From assembly GCA_964539395.1 (NCBI GenBank), contig CAZIIU010000015.1, forward strand, positions 1,419 to 65,418: a DNA stretch of 64,000 nt. Direction: 5' to 3'. Below, in pieces: positions 8,933 to 18,158 of the stretch. The DNA is from an uncultured Bacteroidaceae bacterium. Its GTDB lineage: Bacteria; Bacteroidota; Bacteroidia; Bacteroidales; GCA-2748055. The notes beneath the pieces were generated by a model that saw nothing but the letters and a program-made list of their open reading frames with translations, was not told where the DNA came from and made no database searches. The position numbers were made by a program, and so were the translations under genes. Numbering within the stretch: the first letter of the stretch is position 1; every line of letters starts with the position of its first letter.

Positions 8933-11900
8933 ATGATGTTTCAGAATCCATATACACACCACCCGTATACCGCCGAAATCGTGCAGGCACTGCAGGAGAA
9001 GGGGAACAATGTGTTTCACCTGAAGGGCCTTACCGGCTCTTCAAAAGCAGCGCTATTCCAGTCGGTAACCGCAGCTTTAAAGGGTAACCACCTGGTGCTT
9101 TTCCATGATAAGGAAGAGGCGGCCTATTTTTATACCGACCTCGTGAACCTCGAGGGATCGCCCGACCGGGTACTTTTCTTCCCATCATCCTACAAGCGCT
9201 CGGTGCAGTACCGGCAAACCGACGAGGCCAATATCATTACCCGTACCCAAACGTTGAAGCGTCTCAGCGAACAACGTGCCGCCAGCTTCATAATCTCATA
9301 CGCCGATGCGATGCTTGAAAGGGTCATCACCCGTGCAGAACTTGGACGAAACACCCTGGAGATAAAAACAGGTGAAACCATCAGCATGGATTTCCTGAAG
9401 GAGGTGCTGGAGACATACCACTTCCAATTGGTCGACTTTGTCTATGAACCCGGACAGTATGCCATCAGGGGGGGAATCGCGGATATCTTTTCCTACTCCT
9501 CAAGCCGGCCATGTCGCATCGACTTCTTCGGCGACGAGGTGGATACCATACGCTTTTTCGATATAGAGTCGCAGCGATCCGAGGAACAGATTAAAAAGGT
9601 GTTTGTTATTCCTAACATCCAATGGGAAAGGGAGTTGGGAGATAAACGGGTCTCATTTCCGGAATTCATCCCCTCCAACACCACAGTATGGCTCGACGAC
9701 CTGGAGCTTATCTCGCACCAGATGAAGGAGATTTACGACAAGGCAGATGCCGGCGGGAAAGCGAATCTCCCACTCCCGAAAGAGGAGCTGCTTACAAGCG
9801 GTACCATCATACGCGAACAATTGCAGGAATTCTGCCGTGTAGAGTTTACCCGTCCCGTACTCACACATGCCGCCGCCACCTGGCAGTTCAATACCGTTCC
9901 CCAACCGCCGTTCAACAAAGACTTCAGCCTGCTGGCGCAGGTGCTCACGAAGAACTGCGATGCTGGCATCAAAAACTTCATTCTCTCCGATAGTAACGGT
10001 CAGCTCGAAAGAATCCGTTCCATCTTCGACGAGATCAACCCCGGACTCCCTTACGAAGTGGGCAACCACACCCTCCACGAAGGGTTCACCGACCACGACC
10101 TCCGGGTGGCAGTCTACACCGACCATCAGGTTTTCGACCGGTATCATAAGTTCAGGCTGCACGACCGCTTCACCCGTAAAGAGGCGCTCTCGGTAAAGGA
10201 ACTTTCCGGACTACATCCCGGCGACTACGTGGTACATGTCGATCACGGTATAGGAATGTTCGGTGGTCTCGAACGGATCGAAATCAACGGAAAAAAGCAG
10301 GAGACGGTCCGGTTGGTTTACAAAGACAATGATGTGCTCTTCGTGAACATCCATTCCCTGCACAAGATCTCGAAATACAAGGGCAGGGAGGGACAGGTGC
10401 CCAGGGTGTACAAACTCGGTACGGGAGCCTGGCAGAAACTAAAGCAGAAAACCAAAAGCAAAATCAAGGATATCGCCGGTGAGCTGATCGCGCTCTACGC
10501 AAGGCGGCGTGAGCAGAAGGGATTCGCATTTACACCCGATACGTACCTGCAGAGAGAACTCGAGGCTTCGTTCATTTATGAGGATACACCCGACCAGTTG
10601 AAAGCTACCAACAACACCAAACGGGATATGGAGGCAGAGTTCCCAATGGATCGCCTGGTGTGCGGAGATGTGGGATTCGGAAAGACGGAGGTTGCTATCA
10701 GGGCCGCTTTCAAAGCAGCGACAGATGGCAAGCAGGTTGCAGTACTGGTACCTACCACCGTTCTGGCATTCCAGCATTACAACACTTTTAGCAGCCGACT
10801 GAAAGAGTTTCCCTGCACGGTCGACTATCTCAGTCGGTTCAGGACAGCTGCAGAGCAGACCAGAATACGCAGGCAGCTGAAGGAGGGTTCTCTCGATATT
10901 ATTATCGGAACCCACAAGCTGGTGAGTCAGAGCATTCAGTTCAACGACCTCGGACTACTGATCATCGATGAAGAGCAGAAGTTTGGTGTGGCAGTGAAAG
11001 AGAAACTGAAACAGACCAAACTGAACGTCGATACCCTCACCCTCACGGCAACCCCTATTCCCCGGACACTGCAGTTTTCGCTCATGGGGGCGCGCGACCT
11101 TTCGATCATAAATACCCCACCGCCGAACCGACACCCCATTATTACCGAGCTCCACCCGTTCAATGAGGAGCTGATTAAAGAGGCGATCGAATACGAGGTA
11201 AGCAGGGGCGGTCAGGTCTTCTTTATCCACAACAGGGTGCATAATATCGGGGAGGTGAAAGAGATGGTCGATAAGCTGGTTCCCGATGTACGTGCGGTTG
11301 TTGCACACGGACAGATGGAGGGAAAGCTCCTGGAAAAGGTAATGCTCGGCTTCATGGCAGGTGATTACGACGTGCTCATCGCTACCTCGATCATCGAATC
11401 AGGATTGGATATTCCCAATACCAACACAATAATTATCAACAATGCGCATCACTTCGGATTAAGCGACCTGCATCAACTCAGGGGACGGGTGGGCAGGTCG
11501 AACAAAAAGGCATTCTGCTACCTGTTTGCACCGCATGTGACCCTTCTCACACCCGAGGCCAGGCGCAGACTAAAGGCAATTGAGGAGCATGCCGGTCTGG
11601 GTAGCGGAATGAATATCGCTATGCAGGACCTTGACATCAGGGGTGCAGGGAACCTGCTTGGGGCTGAACAGAGCGGTTTTATCGCCGATATCGGGTTTGA
11701 AACCTACCACAAGATCCTAAACGAAGCCGTACAGGAACTGAAAGATGGGGTCTTTGCCGACCTCTTTGAACAGGAGAAGGAGCTGGAGGTTACTGCAAAC
11801 TTTGCTGCAGAATGCCACATCGACACCGATCTTGAACTGCTCCTGCCCGAATCGTATGTTTCAAACATATCCGAACGGATGCACCTCTATCGTGAGCTTG

Positions 11901-12274
11901 ATAACACTTCCACCGCTGCTGAACTGGAAAACTTCCGGGCAATGCTGGAGGATCGTTTCGGTCCATTGCCAACCCAGGCAGAAGAGTTATTAAAAGCAGT
12001 TCTGTTGCGTCGACTGTCTATGCAGGCAGGTGTTGAAAAGATTATCTTGAAAAATCAGACGCTGATTGCGTACTTTGTAAGTAATCCGGATTCGCAGTTC
12101 TACCGGTCGGAATCGTTCAACAGGATCATTGCAAATATTCAACGAAATCCGAAATTATTCCGGATGAGGCAGGAGAAGGAGCGGCTCAGCCTGAGGGTGA
12201 ATAACATCAGCAGCATTGAAAGAGCCATCGGTATACTGGAACAGTTGAACGCCGGTGAAGTGCAGGGAAAATGA
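8933..12274 (+). CDS. mfd: Transcription-repair coupling factor
   Basis: 1113 aa. Walker A GDVGFGKTEVA, DEEQKFG box, TATPIPRTL, QLRGRVGRS, plus UvrB-homology N-terminal and TRG/CarD-like regions (GDYVVHVDHGIG). Confidence 0.97.
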   Translation: MMFQNPYTHHPYTAEIVQALQEKGNNVFHLKGLTGSSKAALFQSVTAALKGNHLVLFHDKEEAAYFYTDLVNLEGSPDRVLFFPSSYKRSVQYRQTDEANIITRTQTLKRLSEQRAASFIISYADAMLERVITRAELGRNTLEIKTGETISMDFLKEVLETYHFQLVDFVYEPGQYAIRGGIADIFSYSSSRPCRIDFFGDEVDTIRFFDIESQRSEEQIKKVFVIPNIQWERELGDKRVSFPEFIPSNTTVWLDDLELISHQMKEIYDKADAGGKANLPLPKEELLTSGTIIREQLQEFCRVEFTRPVLTHAAATWQFNTVPQPPFNKDFSLLAQVLTKNCDAGIKNFILSDSNGQLERIRSIFDEINPGLPYEVGNHTLHEGFTDHDLRVAVYTDHQVFDRYHKFRLHDRFTRKEALSVKELSGLHPGDYVVHVDHGIGMFGGLERIEINGKKQETVRLVYKDNDVLFVNIHSLHKISKYKGREGQVPRVYKLGTGAWQKLKQKTKSKIKDIAGELIALYARRREQKGFAFTPDTYLQRELEASFIYEDTPDQLKATNNTKRDMEAEFPMDRLVCGDVGFGKTEVAIRAAFKAATDGKQVAVLVPTTVLAFQHYNTFSSRLKEFPCTVDYLSRFRTAAEQTRIRRQLKEGSLDIIIGTHKLVSQSIQFNDLGLLIIDEEQKFGVAVKEKLKQTKLNVDTLTLTATPIPRTLQFSLMGARDLSIINTPPPNRHPIITELHPFNEELIKEAIEYEVSRGGQVFFIHNRVHNIGEVKEMVDKLVPDVRAVVAHGQMEGKLLEKVMLGFMAGDYDVLIATSIIESGLDIPNTNTIIINNAHHFGLSDLHQLRGRVGRSNKKAFCYLFAPHVTLLTPEARRRLKAIEEHAGLGSGMNIAMQDLDIRGAGNLLGAEQSGFIADIGFETYHKILNEAVQELKDGVFADLFEQEKELEVTANFAAECHIDTDLELLLPESYVSNISERMHLYRELDNTSTAAELENFRAMLEDRFGPLPTQAEELLKAVLLRRLSMQAGVEKIILKNQTLIAYFVSNPDSQFYRSESFNRIIANIQRNPKLFRMRQEKERLSLRVNNISSIERAIGILEQLNAGEVQGK

Positions 12275-12400
12275 AGAAAAGAAAGGAGAAGGCAGAAACC
12301 GAAGCAGTGCAGGGAAAATGAAGATATGATAGGAGAAGGCAGAAACCGAAGCAGTGCAGGGAAGATGAAGATAAGAAAGGAGAAGACAGAAACCACCGAA
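12257..12400. repeat. ~47-bp tandem repeat, 3 copies, beginning on the last codons and stop codon of mfd
   Basis: Units at 12257-12300, 12301-12347 and 12348-12394 (gaag(ca)gtgcagggaa[a/g]atgaaga.a.ga.aggagaag[g/a]cagaaacc). The first 44-nt unit contains only 6 pyrimidines. Confidence 0.9.
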
Positions 12401-12570
12401 GAGATGACCCGTCATGAATCTGTAAAAAAAAAGAAGCTACAATACCAGGTTAAGGGAAAACGAAATCCGGAAAGATCCGGAAAAAGAAGCTAAAGGAGTT
12501 CGAAAAATGGTGAATATCACAGAGACAATAAAAATGAGACGAATATCAGTTACGATAAAAACTATCGGGA

Positions 12571-13317
12571 ATGAACCTGGTAATTGACCTGGGTAACACC
12601 TGCAGTAAGATCGCGGTATGCGAAGGCACGGAGATCATCGAAAGTGTGATCACTGAGAAGGTCACCAACAAGGAGATCGGTTATTTTATTTCGGGTTATA
12701 AAGGACTGAAGGGAGCCATTATCTCCAGCGTTGTCAACCACTCCCGTGAATTGATCGACTACCTTGATTCCTCCTTCGATACATTTCTGGAGCTGACTGG
12801 TGCCACACCTTTACCGCTCGTAAACCTTTATAAGACTCCCGAGACCCTGGGGTATGACCGGATCGCGGCAGTAACCGGTGCACATACTATATTTCCAGGA
12901 AAGAACGTTTTGGTAATAGATGCGGGAACAGCAATTACATTTGATATGGTAACGGCACCTGGTGAATATATCGGGGGAAACATTTCTCCGGGATTGCATA
13001 TGCGGTTTAAGGCATTGCATAAGTTCACAAGCCGGTTACCCCACCTTTCTCCGGAGGAGGAGTCTTTAAAACTGCTCGGAAAAACTACCGATCAGGCAAT
13101 CGTTTCCGGTGTGGTCAATGGTCTTGTCTATGAAATAATGGGCTATATCTCTGCTATTTCCAGGAAGTATAAGAACCTCCGTGTCATATTGACCGGTGGA
13201 GATGCAAATTCTTTTGATAAAAGGTTAAAAAATAGCATCTTTGTGGTCTCGCATCTGAACCTCATAGGATTAAACAGAATTTTAGACTACAATGCGCATA
13301 ATGAAAAAGAGAATTAG
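12571..13317 (+). CDS. coaX: Type III pantothenate kinase
   Basis: MNLVIDLGNTCSKIAV (the DxGNT phosphate-1 motif), VIDAGTAITFD, LTGGDA; 248 aa. Confidence 0.9.
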   Translation: MNLVIDLGNTCSKIAVCEGTEIIESVITEKVTNKEIGYFISGYKGLKGAIISSVVNHSRELIDYLDSSFDTFLELTGATPLPLVNLYKTPETLGYDRIAAVTGAHTIFPGKNVLVIDAGTAITFDMVTAPGEYIGGNISPGLHMRFKALHKFTSRLPHLSPEEESLKLLGKTTDQAIVSGVVNGLVYEIMGYISAISRKYKNLRVILTGGDANSFDKRLKNSIFVVSHLNLIGLNRILDYNAHNEKEN

Positions 13318-14602
13318 CACGCTGACAGCGCTACTTGCCATTCTTGTCATCCCCGCTATTTCACAGGTCAACACCTACTCTCCCTATACCCGGTTCGGAT
13401 TAGGCGATTTATCACTGGAGGGCTTCGGTCAGAATACAGCCTTGGGCGGCACCGGAATTGCCATGCGAGATGAAAACAAGCTCAACTATCTCAATCCGGC
13501 TGCATATACAGCACGTGACAGCATGTCGGTGTTGCTCGATTTTGGCATGACCGGATACCGGAACATGTACAGGACCAAAAATTTGACCAATCAATGGTAC
13601 AATGCCAATTTCAATCATATCGCCCTCTCACTTCCCATTGGGAAGTATTTTGGATTGGGAACCGGAGTCGTACCCTTTAGTTCAGTGGGCTATAATACAA
13701 AAGTTGAATATAACGACCTTGGAACAGGTGATGCCATCGATTATTACTTTAAGGGCAATGGCGGTATCCTGAAATATTTCCTGGGAGTCTCAGGTACAGT
13801 TTTTAACAGAATCTCCGTAGGTGTAAACATGAACTACCTGTTAGGCGACATCAAACGGGAACGGCAGATCACCTTCCCAAAAAACAGGGGCTTTGCGGAG
13901 ACCACTTCAATGGAGGAATTTGGGATCAGTAACACCTATTTCGGATTCGGACTACAGTACAAAGAGGTTTTTGGAAATAAATTTTTCTTTTCCATTGGAG
14001 CCACTTACGATCTGGAGGCCCGTCTCAATTCGGCGTTCAATGTCTCAGTAACAAATACTTTCCCTGGAATTTCACGCCTGAATCAGGATTCGGTGCTTGT
14101 AACCCAAAGTGTGGATATTGTCAGCGACCAGTCGGACCAGACTATTATTTTACCAGTTAAGATCGGGGCTGGTGTAGCCCTGGGAATCCCGGGAAAACTG
14201 ACCGTAACAGGAGATTATTATCAGCAGGACTGGACGGAGGTTGATAACAGTGCACTCGCAGTGGAGGGTTTTGACTTCGCTGCCGCAAGATCACTCCGGG
14301 CAGGAGTTGAATACACCCCCGATTTTAATGCGTTCAGGGGATACTATAACCTGATGAGTTACAGGGTTGGAGGTTATATGACTGAATCATATATGAAAAT
14401 AGGCGATTACCAGATGAAAGACTATGGCATAACTTTTGGGGTAGGTTTTCCACTGGGTAGAACAAAATCGTCATTAAACATAGCTTTTACCTATGGATCG
14501 AGAGGTACGTTGGAAAACAATTTGATTAAGGAGAGTTATGGTATTTTAACATTTAATGTAACTTTACACGATCTTTGGTTCTATAAAAGGAAATTTGATT
14601 AA
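13301..14602 (+). CDS. Outer-membrane beta-barrel protein, uncharacterised (porin-like)
   Basis: Signal peptide MKKRISTLTALLAILVIPAISQ. Alternating aromatic/Gly-rich beta-strand pattern throughout, with an aromatic-rich C-terminus (LHDLWFYKRKFD). I do not recognise a specific family. Confidence 0.5.
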   Translation: MKKRISTLTALLAILVIPAISQVNTYSPYTRFGLGDLSLEGFGQNTALGGTGIAMRDENKLNYLNPAAYTARDSMSVLLDFGMTGYRNMYRTKNLTNQWYNANFNHIALSLPIGKYFGLGTGVVPFSSVGYNTKVEYNDLGTGDAIDYYFKGNGGILKYFLGVSGTVFNRISVGVNMNYLLGDIKRERQITFPKNRGFAETTSMEEFGISNTYFGFGLQYKEVFGNKFFFSIGATYDLEARLNSAFNVSVTNTFPGISRLNQDSVLVTQSVDIVSDQSDQTIILPVKIGAGVALGIPGKLTVTGDYYQQDWTEVDNSALAVEGFDFAAARSLRAGVEYTPDFNAFRGYYNLMSYRVGGYMTESYMKIGDYQMKDYGITFGVGFPLGRTKSSLNIAFTYGSRGTLENNLIKESYGILTFNVTLHDLWFYKRKFD

Positions 14603-14627
14603 CACCTGTATTGGAAAATTTTGAACA

Positions 14628-15971
14628 ATGAAAACTTCAGCGCTAAGAACGATAACAACAGCAGCATTATCCCTCATGATGCTGGTTCCGGCCATTTCAC
14701 AAACCGGAGCTTCTGAGGGGTCAAAATACGGGCAGGGGCAGGACAGCATCAATTGCCTGATGAACCTCTCTCTTTACAGGGAGTTTTATAAACACAACAA
14801 TTATAAGGATGCAATTAAATCCTGGAGAAAAGTGTTTGATGAATGTCCGGCTTCAAGTCTGAATATGTATATCGATGGAGTACAGATGTATAAAAAATTT
14901 ATCTCTGGAGAAAAAAATCCGGATGTTACCGAGTCTTATATAGATACCATCATGCTTATCTATGACCGGAGGATGGAGTATTTCGACGACGAGGCCAATG
15001 TAATCGGGAGAAAAGCAACCGACCTGTTACGATACAGAAAAGATAACCTGGAATCGATTGAAGAGGCATATGGCTACCTGGCTAAAAGTATTGAACTTGA
15101 TCCTGAAGAAGCAAGAGATGCTATCCTCATTCTGTTTATGAACACCAGTGTTTCGCTCTACAAAACAGAGAAAATATCCCAGGACCAGACGATCAGTGAT
15201 TACTTTACTGCCAGTAAGGTTATTGACAGCAAACTTGAAGAAAATCCGAACGACAGACGCTTTCAGCGGGCAAAATCAACTGTCGACGACTTTATGCTGG
15301 GTGAGGGTATTTTAACCTGCGAAGCACTCAACCAATACTATGGACCAAGGTTCGAACAGAATAAAAACGATGAAGCTTTTTTGTCCAAAATGCTCGATTT
15401 TTATTACAACAGCGGATGCGACAGGGCAGACTTGTATACCATGGCGTCTGAACAGCTTTACAAGATCCAGCCCGACCATGAATCGGCTTACAAGCTGGCC
15501 CGGTTGTTCGTCACTAAAGAGACTTACGATAAGGCTACCCAATATTACCTCGAAGCGGTCAGTGGTGAAGGCAATAATGAAGAAAATGCCCGGTATTATT
15601 ACGAACTTGCACAGGTAACCAGGCTGCAGGGAAGTGTTTGTCAGGCCATCGATTATGCCCGCAAAGCAGTGAAGAACGATCCCGGTATGGGAGAAGCATA
15701 TATTCTTCTCGGCGACGCTTACATTGAGAGCCGCAACAACCTGGGAGACGATTTTGAAAAAAGTACAGCCTTCTGGGCAGCCGCCGATAAGTACATCCAT
15801 GCAAAAAATGCGGATCCGCTGGTAGCTGAACAGGCTGAAAAAAGGTTAAGTGATTATTCATCAATGTTCCCCAATAGTGAAGAGTGCTTCTTTAGAACGC
15901 TGAACGACGGTGATTCCTACTATGTAAATGGTTGCATCAACGAATACACCACTGTACGCTCAAGAAAATAG
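14628..15971 (+). CDS. Secreted tetratricopeptide-repeat protein
   Basis: Signal peptide MKTSALRTITTAALSLMMLVPAISQ. Several TPR-like helical repeats (e.g. YELAQVTRLQGSVCQAIDYARKAVKNDPGMGEAYILLGDAY). Confidence 0.65.
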   Translation: MKTSALRTITTAALSLMMLVPAISQTGASEGSKYGQGQDSINCLMNLSLYREFYKHNNYKDAIKSWRKVFDECPASSLNMYIDGVQMYKKFISGEKNPDVTESYIDTIMLIYDRRMEYFDDEANVIGRKATDLLRYRKDNLESIEEAYGYLAKSIELDPEEARDAILILFMNTSVSLYKTEKISQDQTISDYFTASKVIDSKLEENPNDRRFQRAKSTVDDFMLGEGILTCEALNQYYGPRFEQNKNDEAFLSKMLDFYYNSGCDRADLYTMASEQLYKIQPDHESAYKLARLFVTKETYDKATQYYLEAVSGEGNNEENARYYYELAQVTRLQGSVCQAIDYARKAVKNDPGMGEAYILLGDAYIESRNNLGDDFEKSTAFWAAADKYIHAKNADPLVAEQAEKRLSDYSSMFPNSEECFFRTLNDGDSYYVNGCINEYTTVRSRK

Positions 15972-16056
15972 AGGGATTATTTTAGGTTGTTTGCAGGGTT
16001 TAGGAACCCGGCAGACATAATAAATCATAAACTATTCAGGTAGTTTTTATAGTGTC

Positions 16057-16620
16057 ATGTACCGGTTATATAAAGCTTTACCCATAATTCTTGCTGTCGG
16101 GTTCTTTACAGCCTGTGAAAACGATATCGAAAAAATCAACTTACTCAATACCTCGGCAGAGTACCCTGATATCACCGGTGAGGATATAGAGGTTGTTTAC
16201 AGCGACTCAGCACGGGTGAAACTGCAACTGTTTGCCAAATCATTAAAACAGTTTAACAACGCAGAAAAACCCTACACCGAGTTTCCCGGCGGCTTGAAAG
16301 TGTATATTTACGATGACAGTCTTGAGATCGAGTCGGTAATTCAGGCCAATTATGCAATCTATTTCATCGAAGAAAAGCTCTGGCATGCAACCGGAAACAT
16401 TGTGGCGGAGAACTTTAAATCGGGGGAACGACTCGATACGGAAGAGCTTTTCTGGGATGAAGAGAAGGAGGAAATATATTCCAACTCTTACACCCGAATC
16501 GTCAATGAAGATGGAACATTTTATGGTCAGAACGGTTTTAAATCAAACCAGTCGCTAACAGATTACACACTAATCGGGTCAAGGGGCGTAGTTAATGTGA
16601 AAGAAGATGAAAATGAATAG
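16057..16620 (+). CDS. LptC-like periplasmic lipoprotein (LPS export)
   Basis: Lipoprotein signal ..AVGFFTAC. It is ~190 aa with an OstA/LptC-like beta-jellyroll pattern (ARVKLQLFA.., HATGNIVAENFKSGERLDTEELFWDEEKEEIYS). The synteny upstream of the DUF21-CBS gene is common in Bacteroidota. Confidence 0.55.
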   Translation: MYRLYKALPIILAVGFFTACENDIEKINLLNTSAEYPDITGEDIEVVYSDSARVKLQLFAKSLKQFNNAEKPYTEFPGGLKVYIYDDSLEIESVIQANYAIYFIEEKLWHATGNIVAENFKSGERLDTEELFWDEEKEEIYSNSYTRIVNEDGTFYGQNGFKSNQSLTDYTLIGSRGVVNVKEDENE

Positions 16621-16795
16621 TGCCGGTACAATATTTGAGATCATTTGGTTTGTAATGGGCGGACTGATGCTTTTTATCGGGATCGATATCACGATCGACA
16701 CTGGCATTGGTGACAGCTGGTACTACCTTCTGTTTGCCATGCTGGCATTTCTGATGTATTATCGCCGGAGAAGAATTCGTATCTCAAACAAATAA
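16607..16795 (+). CDS. Small two-TM membrane protein (hypothetical)
   Basis: 62 aa with two hydrophobic helices and a basic tail (YYRRRRIRISNK). It is tightly packed: it overlaps the lptC-like stop and ends 2 nt before the next ATG. Confidence 0.4.
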   Translation: MKMNSAGTIFEIIWFVMGGLMLFIGIDITIDTGIGDSWYYLLFAMLAFLMYYRRRRIRISNK

Positions 16796-16797
16796 GT

Positions 16798-18060
16798 ATG
16801 CCCTATCTTCCTGTCATATTGATCGCACTACTCTTTTCTGCCTTTTTTACCGGTATGGAGATTGCCTTTCTCACCGCCAACAAACTTAGAATTGAGATCG
16901 ATAAGAAGCACAGGTTGTTCTCTTCAAGGATCATTTCCGTTTTCACCAGTCATCCGGCCACCTATACAGCTACAATGCTGGTCGGTAATACATTGGCACT
17001 TGTGATTTATGGAATTACATTCGAAGGTCTTGTAAGGGAATCTTTGCTTCAGTACATGCAAACCAGTTCCCCGGGACTTGTCATTCTGGTCCAGGTGATT
17101 CTCGCTACGATTTTGGTACTCCTCACAGCTGAATTTCTGCCCAGGACACTATTCAGGATCAATCCAAACGGTGCGCTGCAGCTCTTTTCATTGCCAGCGT
17201 TTCTGTTCTATATTCTCCTCTACCCGTTATCACTATTGTCAATCGGCATCTCCAATTTCACCATGCGCTATATCCTGAAAGTTAAATCTGACGGCAAACT
17301 CGGCCAGGCAGTATTCGGCAAAGTCGACCTGGGCCATCTTGTTACCGAAAGTAACCATGTTCAGGGTCAGGATGAGCCGGAAACCAAGGACCTGAAAATT
17401 TTTAAAAATGCACTTGAGCTTTCAAACCTGAAGGTGCGTGACTGCATGATTCCCAGGACGGAAATCATTGCAATGGACATTGAAAGTGATGTTCAACAGC
17501 TGGTGGATACTTTTTCCGAAACAGGACTTAGCAGGATACTCATTTATCGCCACAACCTCGATAACGTAATCGGGTATGTCAGCTCCAGGGATATGTTTCA
17601 CAACCCGAAACACATTGGCAACTATTTAAAAACACTGCCAGTGGTCCCGGAAACCCTGCCGGTAAACAGAATACTGAAATCGTTTATCAAAAATGGTAAG
17701 GGCATTGCTGTCGTATTGGACGAATTTGGAGGAACATCCGGAATGATCACCACCGAGGATGTGATTGAGGAGATCTTCGGTGAGATTCACGATGAACATG
17801 ATACTGCAGAGCTGGAAATGCAGCGGACCGGGGAGCACAGTTTCAGGTTGTCTGGAAGACATGAAATTAGTTACCTGAACGAAGCCTTTCAACTTGGAAT
17901 TCCTGAATTGGAAGAGTATGACACCCTGGCGGGATTCATCATTTACCACCTGAAAAATATACCGGAACAAAACGAAACAATTCAAATAGATAACTTTATA
18001 ATGAAGATTCTGCAGGTGAGTGCCAACCGGGTAGAGCTAGTAGAATTGAATGTGGAATAG
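16798..18060 (+). CDS. DUF21/CNNM-CBS-CorC family membrane protein (GldE/hemolysin-like)
   Basis: 420 aa. N-terminal 4-TM DUF21 domain, a CBS pair (VRDCMIPRTEIIAMD.., VIGYVSSRDM), and a CorC_HlyC C-terminus (GHEISYLNE..LAGFIIYHL). Confidence 0.85.
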   Translation: MPYLPVILIALLFSAFFTGMEIAFLTANKLRIEIDKKHRLFSSRIISVFTSHPATYTATMLVGNTLALVIYGITFEGLVRESLLQYMQTSSPGLVILVQVILATILVLLTAEFLPRTLFRINPNGALQLFSLPAFLFYILLYPLSLLSIGISNFTMRYILKVKSDGKLGQAVFGKVDLGHLVTESNHVQGQDEPETKDLKIFKNALELSNLKVRDCMIPRTEIIAMDIESDVQQLVDTFSETGLSRILIYRHNLDNVIGYVSSRDMFHNPKHIGNYLKTLPVVPETLPVNRILKSFIKNGKGIAVVLDEFGGTSGMITTEDVIEEIFGEIHDEHDTAELEMQRTGEHSFRLSGRHEISYLNEAFQLGIPELEEYDTLAGFIIYHLKNIPEQNETIQIDNFIMKILQVSANRVELVELNVE

Positions 18061-18158
18061 TCAGTTTTTCCGGTACATATCCTTTTTTGTTTCAACCTAA
18101 TATTACTATATTCGTACGCTAAATTTTTGACAATTACAGAAACTGAAATTTAAATTGA

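Noticed and set aside
12272-12490. TGA read-through or recoding of mfd (72 sense codons follow the stop), or use of an alternative genetic code.
   Set aside because: The open frame is explained by the T-poor purine tract. The extension is low-complexity Lys/Arg/Glu. All other genes in the window terminate normally under the standard code, including at TGA.
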